This document shows, piece after piece, positions 56,514-64,000 of a DNA stretch of 64,000 bases; the first letter of the stretch is position 1; each line of letters starts with the position of its first letter. The translations under genes and the position numbers were made by a program. The notes beneath the pieces are model-generated. The model was not told the origin of the DNA and searched no databases. It saw only the letters and a program-made list of their open reading frames with translations. The DNA is from Clostridia bacterium (GTDB lineage: Bacteria > Bacillota > Clostridia > UBA1381 > UMGS1253), in the NCBI GenBank assembly GCA_045578865.1, contig JAZNLB010000024.1, positions 735 to 64,734 on the forward strand, given 5' to 3'.

Positions 56514-58256
56514 TCAGAACAAATCTCTCTTTGTATAATGGGTATGCAGGTACTTATGCGCCTTATGGGAACCCGGCTTTTCAAAGTACTCATCGTAGAG
56601 CATCTTAATTACCGGATTTTCATGAGACTTACGGATTGCAGCATTGCTGTCTTCCGTATAGAGCGCCTTAGCACGCGTAGCCTTTACATCTACATCCATC
56701 TGTGCCTTTGCAGACACAATCGGCTGACCGCCACCGGTTACACAACCGCCCGGGCAAGCCATAATTTCAACGAAATCGTAGTTTTCTTCGCCTGCGCGGA
56801 TTGCATCTAAAAGTTTTCTTGCATTGCCGAGACCGTGAGCCACAGCTGCCTTAATCTTAATGCCCTCAATTTCTACTTCTGCACGCTTGATACCATCGGT
56901 ACCACGAACAATATGGTAGTTGTCTTCGGACATAGACTTGCCGGACAGAACTTCTGCAACGGTTCTGAGCGCCGCTTCCATAACACCGCCGGTTGCACCG
57001 AAGATTACACCTGCGCCTGTTGCTTCGCCAAACGGATTGTCAAACTGTTCCTCCGGAAGGTTAGCAAAATCAAGACCTGCCTGCTTAATCATACGAGCAA
57101 GTTCGCGTGTGGTCAATACATAATCTACATCCTGGAAGCCGTCGTTTGCAAGCTCATCGCGTGCTGCCTCAAATTTCTTTGCGGTACACGGCATGATGGA
57201 AACTGTAACGATGCTTGCCGGGTCAATACCCTCTTTTTCAGCGTAGTAGGATTTGATTACTGCGCCAAACATCTCATGCGGAGACTTTGCACTCGAAAGA
57301 TTGTCGAGGAAGTCCGGGAAATTGTGCTCGCAGAATTTCACCCAACCCGGGCTGCAAGAGGTAATTACCGGAAGTTTACCGCCGTTTTTAATTCTGTCAA
57401 TTACCTCTGTACCTTCTTCCATAATGGTTAGGTCAGCAGCGGTATCTGTATCAAATACCTTTGTAAAGCCGAGACGCTTTAATGCAGCAACCATCTTGCC
57501 CGTGCAAGGTGTGCCCATTTCCATGCCAAATTCTTCGCCGAGTGCTGCACGAACAGCCGGAGCCGTCTGCACAACAACATATTTGGTTTCATCTGCAATC
57601 GCATCCCAAACCGGCTTAATTGCATCCTTCTCGTAAAGCGCACCAACCGGACATGCTGCGATACACTGACCGCAGTTTACGCAGGCAACTTCACCTAAGG
57701 ACTTGTCAAATGCACAACCGATGTTGGTTTTGATACCTCTTTCCTTTGCATCAATTACGCCAACCGTCTGAATGTTTTTACATACAGCCACGCAGCGACG
57801 GCAAAGGATACATTTGTTGTTATCGCGTACGATGGACGGCGAAAGATCGTCGATTGCATATACATTCGGCTCATCTGTCTCGTACGGTAACTCTGTAACA
57901 TTGAGTTCTTCTGCAAGATTTTGCAGTTCACAGTTTCTGTTTCTTACGCAGGTCAAGCACTTCTTTTCATGGTTAGACAAAATAAGTTGAAGCGTAACCT
58001 TTCTTGCTTCACGAACCTTTGCTGTGTTCGTGAACACTTCCATACCCTCATTAATCGGATATACACAGGCAGCCTGCAGGCTTCTTGCGCCCTTGATTTC
58101 AACCACGCACATTCTGCACGCGCCAATCTGGTTTACATCCTTTAAATAACACAGAGTCGGGATATCAATGTTAGCAAGTCTTGCAGCCTCCAAAATCGTA
58201 GAGCCTTTCGGAGCGCTGACATCCAGACCGTTAATCTTTAAATTAACCATTTCCAT
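56514..58256 (-). CDS. hydA: [FeFe] hydrogenase catalytic subunit (HydA, group A3-like, M3 architecture)
   Basis: N-terminal 2Fe-2S domain (CYLKDVNQIGACRMCVVEI), two 4Fe-4S motifs, and H-cluster motifs TSCSPGW, MPCTAKKFEA and EIMACPGGCVTGGGQP. Confidence 0.92.
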   Translation of the reverse strand: MEMVNLKINGLDVSAPKGSTILEAARLANIDIPTLCYLKDVNQIGACRMCVVEIKGARSLQAACVYPINEGMEVFTNTAKVREARKVTLQLILSNHEKKCLTCVRNRNCELQNLAEELNVTELPYETDEPNVYAIDDLSPSIVRDNNKCILCRRCVAVCKNIQTVGVIDAKERGIKTNIGCAFDKSLGEVACVNCGQCIAACPVGALYEKDAIKPVWDAIADETKYVVVQTAPAVRAALGEEFGMEMGTPCTGKMVAALKRLGFTKVFDTDTAADLTIMEEGTEVIDRIKNGGKLPVITSCSPGWVKFCEHNFPDFLDNLSSAKSPHEMFGAVIKSYYAEKEGIDPASIVTVSIMPCTAKKFEAARDELANDGFQDVDYVLTTRELARMIKQAGLDFANLPEEQFDNPFGEATGAGVIFGATGGVMEAALRTVAEVLSGKSMSEDNYHIVRGTDGIKRAEVEIEGIKIKAAVAHGLGNARKLLDAIRAGEENYDFVEIMACPGGCVTGGGQPIVSAKAQMDVDVKATRAKALYTEDSNAAIRKSHENPVIKMLYDEYFEKPGSHKAHKYLHTHYTKRDLF

Positions 58257-58277
58257 TTTAACATTCTCCTTTCAGGC

Positions 58278-60074
58278 TTATTTCGAAATTGCTTTGAAGC
58301 GACACTTGGATTCACAAAGACCGCACTTTACGCACTTATCTGTATCGATAACAAACGGCTTTTTAACCTCGCCGGAAATTGCGCCAACCGGGCAGTTCTT
58401 TGCACACAGGCTACATCCGATACATTTTTCCGGATCAATCTTGTACATGAGAAGGTCTTTACATACACCTGCCGGACATTTCTTGTCAACAACATGTGCA
58501 ACATACTCATCTCTAAAATAACGCAATGTGCTCAAAATCGGGTTCGGTGCTGTCTGACCGAGACCGCAGAGCGCAGCTTCTTTTACATTGTAGCAGAGTC
58601 TTTCGAGTCTGTCGATATCTTCGAGTGTACCCTTGCCGCTTGTAATCTTGTTTAAAATTTCAAGCATTCTCTTTGTACCGATACGGCACGGCGAGCACTT
58701 ACCGCAGGATTCGTCTACTGTAAACTCCAAGAAGAACTTTGCGATATCTACCATACAGGTATCTTCGTCCATAACAATCAAACCGCCGGAACCCATCATC
58801 GAACCGATGCTGATAAGCGAATCGTAGTCGATTTCGGTATCAATCAAGGATGCCGGAATACAACCGCCGGACGGACCACCGGTCTGGGCTGCCTTAAACT
58901 TCTTACCGTTCGGGATACCGCCGCCGATTTCTTCAACAATTTCACGCAGCGTTGTGCCCATCGGCACTTCCACAAGACCTGTATTATGAATCTTACCGCC
59001 GAGCGCGAATACCTTTGTACCCTTGCTCTTCTCGGTACCAATGCTCTTAAACCATTCCACACCTCTGTTAATAATCACCGGAATGTTTGCATAGGTTTCT
59101 ACATTATTTAATACTGTCGGCTTACCGAACAAACCTTTTACTGCCGGGAACGGCGGACGGCATCTCGGCTCACCGCGCTTACCTTCGATAGAGGTCATGA
59201 GCGCTGTTTCTTCACCACATACGAACGCGCCTGCACCCAAACGGATGTCTAAGTCAAAGCTAAAGTCCGTACCGAAGATGTTTTTGCCCAAAAGGCCCAT
59301 CTCACGCGCTTGCTTGATGGCAATAGACAAGCGTTGTACCGCAATCGGGTACTCCGCACGAATGTATACATAACCCTGATTTGCGCCGATAGCATAACCT
59401 GCAATCGCCATTGCTTCGATTACAGAGTGCGGGTCACCTTCGAGGATGCTTCGATCCATGAACGCACCCGGGTCGCCTTCATCGGCGTTACAGCAAACAT
59501 ACTTCTGGTCAGATTCGGATGCTGCGGCAAATTTCCATTTAAGACCTGTCGGGAAACCTGCACCACCACGACCACGCAGTCCTGCATCAATCATAAGGTC
59601 GATGAGCTGTTGCTGCGTCATTTCGGTGAGCACCTTACCGAGCGCTTTATAACCGTCAAATGCGATATACTCTTCAATCTTTTCCGGATTGATAACACCG
59701 CAGTTACGCAGAGCAACACGCATCTGCTTTTTGTAGAAGTTTACTTCATTTAACGACTTAATTTCATCGTTGTCCTCAGAAACAGTCTCGGAGTAGAGCA
59801 AACGCTTAACAATTCTGCCCTTTACGAGATGCTCGGATACGATTTCTGCAACATCGTCCGGCTGTACCATGCTGTAAAAAGCACCTTCCGGATAAACAAC
59901 CATAATCGGACCGAGTGCACAAAGACCGAAACAACCGGTCTTAACAACCATTACTTCTTTTTCAATGCCGTTTGCTTTAAGCTGTGCTTCCAACTCTTCG
60001 ATAATCTTCTGCGAGCCTGAAGATGTACAGCCTGTACCACCGCAAACGAGCACATGGCTTCTGTATAAATCCAT
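58278..60074 (-). CDS. NuoF-like NAD(P)H-binding flavoprotein subunit of the hydrogenase (HydB/HndC type)
   Basis: N-terminal thioredoxin-like 2Fe-2S domain, GRGGAGFPTGLKW FMN/NADH site, SLBB domain, ESCGKCSPCR 4Fe-4S motif, and two C-terminal ferredoxin motifs. Confidence 0.92.
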   Translation of the reverse strand: MDLYRSHVLVCGGTGCTSSGSQKIIEELEAQLKANGIEKEVMVVKTGCFGLCALGPIMVVYPEGAFYSMVQPDDVAEIVSEHLVKGRIVKRLLYSETVSEDNDEIKSLNEVNFYKKQMRVALRNCGVINPEKIEEYIAFDGYKALGKVLTEMTQQQLIDLMIDAGLRGRGGAGFPTGLKWKFAAASESDQKYVCCNADEGDPGAFMDRSILEGDPHSVIEAMAIAGYAIGANQGYVYIRAEYPIAVQRLSIAIKQAREMGLLGKNIFGTDFSFDLDIRLGAGAFVCGEETALMTSIEGKRGEPRCRPPFPAVKGLFGKPTVLNNVETYANIPVIINRGVEWFKSIGTEKSKGTKVFALGGKIHNTGLVEVPMGTTLREIVEEIGGGIPNGKKFKAAQTGGPSGGCIPASLIDTEIDYDSLISIGSMMGSGGLIVMDEDTCMVDIAKFFLEFTVDESCGKCSPCRIGTKRMLEILNKITSGKGTLEDIDRLERLCYNVKEAALCGLGQTAPNPILSTLRYFRDEYVAHVVDKKCPAGVCKDLLMYKIDPEKCIGCSLCAKNCPVGAISGEVKKPFVIDTDKCVKCGLCESKCRFKAISK

Positions 60075-60088
60075 CTTGTATATCCTCC

Positions 60089-60460
60089 TTATTTATCAAT
60101 CTCACCAATCGTATATTCCTTGACCGCCTTGCCGTTTACAATGTGGTCGGACACGATTTTTGCAACCTGCTCCGGTGTAACCTTGCCGTAGGTTACTTTT
60201 TCCTGGCCCGGAAGATATACTTCAACAATCGGCTCTAAGCGGCAAAGGCCGATGCAGCCGGTCTGTACAACCGCTACATTTTCAAGTTTTCTTTTGTTTA
60301 CTTCTTCCACGAATGCGCTCAGCACCGGTCTTGCCCCTGCGGCGATACCGCAAGTTGCCATACCGACAACAACTCTAACGCCTTCCTGATCATCATTTCT
60401 CATATGTATCTGAGAAAGGGCTTGTTCTCTCAACGCAGCAAGTTCAGCTAAAGACTTCAT
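60089..60460 (-). CDS. Thioredoxin-like [2Fe-2S] ferredoxin (HndB-like)
   Basis: 123 aa from the ATG at 60460 after GGAGG. VVVGMATCGIAAGA...VQTGCIGLCRLEP. Confidence 0.75.
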   Translation of the reverse strand: MKSLAELAALREQALSQIHMRNDDQEGVRVVVGMATCGIAAGARPVLSAFVEEVNKRKLENVAVVQTGCIGLCRLEPIVEVYLPGQEKVTYGKVTPEQVAKIVSDHIVNGKAVKEYTIGEIDK

Positions 60461-60461
60461 A

Positions 60462-61013
60462 TCATTTACCTCCATATAATTCTTGAATTCCGCTGTGCAG
60501 GTTTTCCGAAATCCAGTTGAGAATTTCCGGCCGGTCCAATCCAACCTCATGACCTAACACTTCGCGAATCTGCTTTGTATCAAAGATAAATTCGTTTTCA
60601 CCCACAAGATGTTTGTAGTAAAAATCCAAATCGGGATTACCATGCACTAAAATATGCATCACTGAGGCAATATCGCCCAGCGGCTGACGGTCAATGTGAC
60701 TGTAACCGAATGTAGCGCATACCCTTGTCCCTTTTCCCGGGGTGCTTTCAATCGTGAAACTGCCGCTCGTTTCCTCGGCCGCCTCTTTAAAAAGCGGTAT
60801 GCCCAAACCAACCTTGCGTGTCGTGCGCGTGGTTGCAAACGGACTGGTAACCTCGGATAAAAACTCTTCGTCCATACCTTTGCCGTCATCAGCAATCACA
60901 ATTGTAAGACAATCTTCTGCCACCTGCTCAGAAATCTCAACCGTGATATTCTTTGCATTTGCAGAAATGGAATTTTGTACAATATCCAAAATGTGCAGCG
61001 ATAACTCTCTCAT
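60462..61013 (-). CDS. Stand-alone GHKL (histidine-kinase-like) ATPase-domain protein
   Basis: LHILDIVQNSISANA (N-box), ADDGKGMD (G1), KVGLGIPLFK (G2), STPGKGTRV. No sensor or HisKA domain. Confidence 0.75.
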   Translation of the reverse strand: MRELSLHILDIVQNSISANAKNITVEISEQVAEDCLTIVIADDGKGMDEEFLSEVTSPFATTRTTRKVGLGIPLFKEAAEETSGSFTIESTPGKGTRVCATFGYSHIDRQPLGDIASVMHILVHGNPDLDFYYKHLVGENEFIFDTKQIREVLGHEVGLDRPEILNWISENLHSGIQELYGGK

Positions 61014-61014
61014 C

Positions 61015-61506
61015 TTATTTGTATCTGTTAATGATGTCTTCTACATCATCCACACTCAAACGACCGTATACATCGTCATTTACGGTAAATACCGGTGCAA
61101 GACCGCAAGCGCCGATACATCTCGTTGCGTCCAGCGAAAACTTACCATCCGCAGAGCACTCGCCAACCTCAACATTAATGAGTTGCTTGATCTTTTCGAG
61201 AATATCTCCCGAACCCTTTACATAGCATGCTGTACCCAAGCAAACCGCTACCTTGTACTCGCCCTTCGGATAAAGCGAAAATTGCGTGTAGAATGTTACT
61301 ACACCGTAAATCTCCGCCATCGAAAAGCCACCCTTTTCGGCGATAATCTGCTGAACTTCAATCGGCAGATAACCGTAAATCTCCTGCGCCTCTTGCAAAA
61401 TCGGCATGAGCGCGCCCGGCTGACCGGCATGGTTTTCAATGACCTGCAAGAGTTTTTGCTCTTGCTCTTTTGTGCCCTTAAAAGCACAAACCTTGTTTGC
61501 GTCCAT
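61015..61506 (-). CDS. NuoE-like [2Fe-2S] subunit of the hydrogenase (HydC/HndA type)
   Basis: ALMPILQEAQEIYGYLP..., VCLGTACYVKG, ATRCIGACGLAPV. Start is the ATG at 61506 after GGAGG. Confidence 0.88.
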   Translation of the reverse strand: MDANKVCAFKGTKEQEQKLLQVIENHAGQPGALMPILQEAQEIYGYLPIEVQQIIAEKGGFSMAEIYGVVTFYTQFSLYPKGEYKVAVCLGTACYVKGSGDILEKIKQLINVEVGECSADGKFSLDATRCIGACGLAPVFTVNDDVYGRLSVDDVEDIINRYK

Positions 61507-61550
61507 TGTGCGTCCTCCTGTACCCAATAAATTTTCATTAACTGTTAAAT

Positions 61551-61568
61551 TTGTTAATTATTTAACAA
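61551..61568. promoter_or_regulatory. Rex (redox-sensing repressor) operator
   Basis: TTGTTAATTATTTAACAA is a perfect palindrome of the Clostridia-type Rex consensus TTGTTAA-N4-TTAACAA. It lies 45 nt upstream of the nuoE-like start and downstream of an extended -10 (TGCTATAAT on the minus strand, with TATAAT at 61599-61594). Confidence 0.7.
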
Positions 61569-61626
61569 TGAAATCAATTAACACAACATTTAAATTATAG
61601 CATACCTTTTTTTAAAAATCTACTAA

Positions 61627-61668
61627 TTTATGCAAAAAAAGCGAGAAATTTTTATCTTTTTTCTCACT
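61627..61668 (-). terminator. Terminator-like hairpin after the PHP-domain gene
   Basis: On the minus strand, GTGAGAAA...TTTCTCGC followed by TTTTTTT. Confidence 0.5.
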
Positions 61669-61671
61669 TTT

Positions 61672-62388
61672 TTAAATCTTTTTATGAAATTGTCTCAAAA
61701 CGGCATCAATCGTACATTTTTCCACCTCTAAAAAGTGCATTGGCTCGTTGATGTCAGCCAAATAGTGGGCATCCGAACTGTGCACTGCAAAATGAGAACA
61801 AAGGCGCACATCCGTATCTTCCCACCCTTTTGCCTGTGCATTTTTTGAAAGCTCCACCGCATCAAAGGGTAAGTCCGGCGGCAAAAAGCCCAGATTGGAA
61901 ATCACACTGTATGCACTTTTATCTATGTGTGCCGCAATGGCAATCCCGCCGAAATCGTGGATGCGTTCTACAATCTCGTACACACTCAAAGCGCACGCCG
62001 TTACAAGCATACGCTTCTCCTCGCCGATACATCTGTCTTCAGCATCCATAATCCATTGTTCACCAAAGACGGACTTGTTATTTTCCAGTGGCGGCAAAGC
62101 CGACTGCACTACATTCTCCATCTGCTTTGCAGCCGCAAGCGAATCAAACAACGCAACTACATGCACTTCCTCGCTCGTTTCAATTTCCATACCAGGTATA
62201 ACCAAAAGTCCGTTTGCCTCACCGACCTGCATAAGTGCCTCAGCATTGGCCAGACTGTTATGGTCCGTAACTGCAATCACATTTAAACCCTTAATGAGCG
62301 CCATATTGATTACATTGTTGGGTGTCATATCCGAGTCGCCACACGGCGAGAGACAGGTATGAATGTGCAAATCGTAATACAATTTCAT
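61672..62388 (-). CDS. PHP (polymerase/histidinol phosphatase) domain protein
   Basis: MKLYYDLHIHTCLSPCGD..., VIAVTDHNS, AAHID, HSSDAH. Confidence 0.8.
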   Translation of the reverse strand: MKLYYDLHIHTCLSPCGDSDMTPNNVINMALIKGLNVIAVTDHNSLANAEALMQVGEANGLLVIPGMEIETSEEVHVVALFDSLAAAKQMENVVQSALPPLENNKSVFGEQWIMDAEDRCIGEEKRMLVTACALSVYEIVERIHDFGGIAIAAHIDKSAYSVISNLGFLPPDLPFDAVELSKNAQAKGWEDTDVRLCSHFAVHSSDAHYLADINEPMHFLEVEKCTIDAVLRQFHKKI

Positions 62389-62717
62389 CCTATCACCCGA
62401 TTATATTCCGTGATAATCTCATACGCCGTTTTCTTCGTAGAGAGCACGGGCACATTTTCTTCCTCCGCTTTGGCGGCTGCCACCTCATCCGGCAAAAGCC
62501 CCTCCGGCAAAATTACGCAACCAACCTCCGTGAGCACTGCAACCGCAATCACATTGATGTTGGTCTGCACCGTAATCCATAAATTGTCTTTTTGTGCATG
62601 ACTCATGGCATAACTCAAAAGGTCACAAACATAGCAACCGTTCAGTTCTCTATCCAGCGCCTGTTCACCAGCACACACCTTCGCTGAAATTTTTTCTGCA
62701 AACTCCTGAACTGTCAT
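62385..62717 (-). CDS. DRTGG domain protein
   Basis: 110 aa. ...CYVCDLLSYAMSHAQKDNLWITVQTNINVIAVAVLTEVGCVILPEG... is a DRTGG-like pattern. Overlaps the PHP gene by 4 nt. Confidence 0.6.
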   Translation of the reverse strand: MTVQEFAEKISAKVCAGEQALDRELNGCYVCDLLSYAMSHAQKDNLWITVQTNINVIAVAVLTEVGCVILPEGLLPDEVAAAKAEEENVPVLSTKKTAYEIITEYNRVIG

Positions 62718-62738
62718 TTCTTCTCCCCACCTTCCGGT

Positions 62739-64000
62739 CTATTCCTCCGTTCGCTCTAAATCCCGCATCAATTCCTGCATCTTACTGCGTAAATTATGTA
62801 TACAGTCTATCTCACGGCCAAAACCGCGCACCACATCTTCTGCAAGCGCCTTACAAGACGGCGCTCCGCAACTGCCGCAGTCGAGTTTCGGCAAACGCTC
62901 TTCAATCTCTTTCATCTCCCGAAGTTTACGCATCGCTTCCGCTCTGTCTTCATCGAGTTTCAAAATCGGAACATATTCAATGTCACGACTCAGCAACACA
63001 TCCTCAAGTTCAATTTGTGGCAATTCACGCTCTGTTTCGTAGCTTGTGAGTTTCTTGCTTAAAAGCTCAATTCTTGCACGCGCGGCATAACCGTTTTCCA
63101 CCGTCAACGGACCGCCGACACAGCCGCCTGCACAAGCACACGGCTCCACAAATTCAACATGACTGATTTGCCCGTCCTCTAAGCTTTCCAATACGGAAAT
63201 AACATTGTCAATACCGTCCACCGCCAAATAGGCATCTTTGCTGAGTGCTTTTGCCTCGCCGCCGCTGTGGCACCAATTCACGCCAAGCAGACCTGCACGC
63301 GCTAATTTTTCTTTCGGTTGAAGGCTGCCTAAAATCGGCGACAATTTTTTATATACCTCACTAATGGCAATCACACCGTCGAGCGGACTTTTCTTCTCGC
63401 CGAGCGGCTCGTGCAGCGTCGTCACCTTTGCCGGACACGGCGAAATAAAGAACACCCCGATGTCCTCCGGCGCAACACCTTTTTTCTCTATCGCACGCTT
63501 ACGCGCAAGTTTTGCCGCCAAATCAACCGGCGCAGACAGCGGAAGCAAATTTTTAATCAGACTTGGAAAACGCACGCGAATCAAACGCACAATCGCCGGA
63601 CACGCCGTAGAAATCACGGGCATTTCCAATTTCTTTTGCATCAACAAATCCTTGGTTGCAATCGTCACAATTTCTGCCGCACGCGCAACCTCGTACACAT
63701 CGTCAAAGCCGATTGATTTAAGTCCGTTTAATATGACATTAATGTCCGTTATATTATGAAACTGCCCATATAACGCCGGAGCCGGCAATGCAATTTTGTA
63801 TTTATAGTTCTCCATTGTCGCAAACGGGTCTGTTACCGCTTGTTTCGCCTGATACGGACACACACGGATACACTCGCCGCAATCTATACAGCGCTCTTTA
63901 ATGATTCTCGCCTTGCCGTCACGCACGCGAATGGCCTCCGTCGGACAACGGCGAATGCAGTTGGTACAACCCATGCACTTGTCTTTATCTAATGTAACTG
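62739..64000 (-). CDS. [FeFe]-hydrogenase-like Fe-S protein (HydS/HfsA-like putative sensor), 5' end outside the window
   Basis: Ferredoxin motifs CMGCTNCIRRCP and CIDCGECIRVCP, a hydrogenase large-subunit-like core (ISTACPA, FISPCPAK, CACAGGCVGGP), and a C-terminal CGSCGAPSC Fe-S motif. The frame stays open to position 64000. Confidence 0.75.
   Translation of the reverse strand, partial: VTLDKDKCMGCTNCIRRCPTEAIRVRDGKARIIKERCIDCGECIRVCPYQAKQAVTDPFATMENYKYKIALPAPALYGQFHNITDINVILNGLKSIGFDDVYEVARAAEIVTIATKDLLMQKKLEMPVISTACPAIVRLIRVRFPSLIKNLLPLSAPVDLAAKLARKRAIEKKGVAPEDIGVFFISPCPAKVTTLHEPLGEKKSPLDGVIAISEVYKKLSPILGSLQPKEKLARAGLLGVNWCHSGGEAKALSKDAYLAVDGIDNVISVLESLEDGQISHVEFVEPCACAGGCVGGPLTVENGYAARARIELLSKKLTSYETERELPQIELEDVLLSRDIEYVPILKLDEDRAEAMRKLREMKEIEERLPKLDCGSCGAPSCKALAEDVVRGFGREIDCIHNLRSKMQELMRDLERTEE

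Overview
This 64 kb window looks like core chromosome of an anaerobic, spore-forming Firmicute (class Clostridia, inferred from gene content: sigH, a SpoIVFB-like protease, nrdDG, an electron-bifurcating-type [FeFe] hydrogenase, ECF and T-box regulation).

Almost all of it is housekeeping, and I found no complete protein-coding mobile element, CRISPR array or recognisable defence system. The recognisable content is:
- ligA-gatCAB followed by a B12/radical-SAM gene and a methyltransferase gene
- typA, thrS (frame-interrupted), a pheST operon behind a T-box leader, ireB, malQ, metK
- a YtrA-type GntR/ABC operon, an LTA-synthase-family gene, corA
- an OmpR-type two-component system with an HtrA protease
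- proS, dut-nrdG-nrdD, degV, a hemolysin-III family gene, sigH, upp, apbE, lexA
- a NuoE/NuoF/HydA [FeFe]-hydrogenase cluster with PHP, DRTGG, GHKL-ATPase and HydS-like accessory genes
- seven tRNA genes, each transcription unit with a near-consensus sigma-A promoter and a hairpin terminator

The items most worth a second look are non-coding or small:
1. A 176-bp nested array of six different mini-hairpins separated by a 9-mer and its reverse complement (245-420).
2. A 52-bp duplication of the tRNA-Gly 3' end plus its terminator, bracketing a GC-rich insert that folds into a tRNA-Gly-derived tRNA-like element (26602-26850).
3. A low-GC 1.3 kb islet with an XRE repressor and an intact ORF that reads as a circularly permuted S11 D-Ala-D-Ala carboxypeptidase fold (55170-56513).
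4. A small Cys-rich ORF divergent from lexA that shares its single SOS box (54110-54460).
5. An ECF S-component gene overlapping a two-domain Udk-like kinase gene, behind an unclassified attenuator with two AGAA-loop hairpins (10324-12104).
6. A 1-nt frameshift in a TGS-less thrS.
7. An extra structured element between the pheS T-box terminator and the start codon.
8. A 26-codon uORF with a strong Shine-Dalgarno sequence in the corA leader.
9. A perfect Rex box in front of the hydrogenase operon.

All calls come from reading the sequence and the ORF track. No database search was run.
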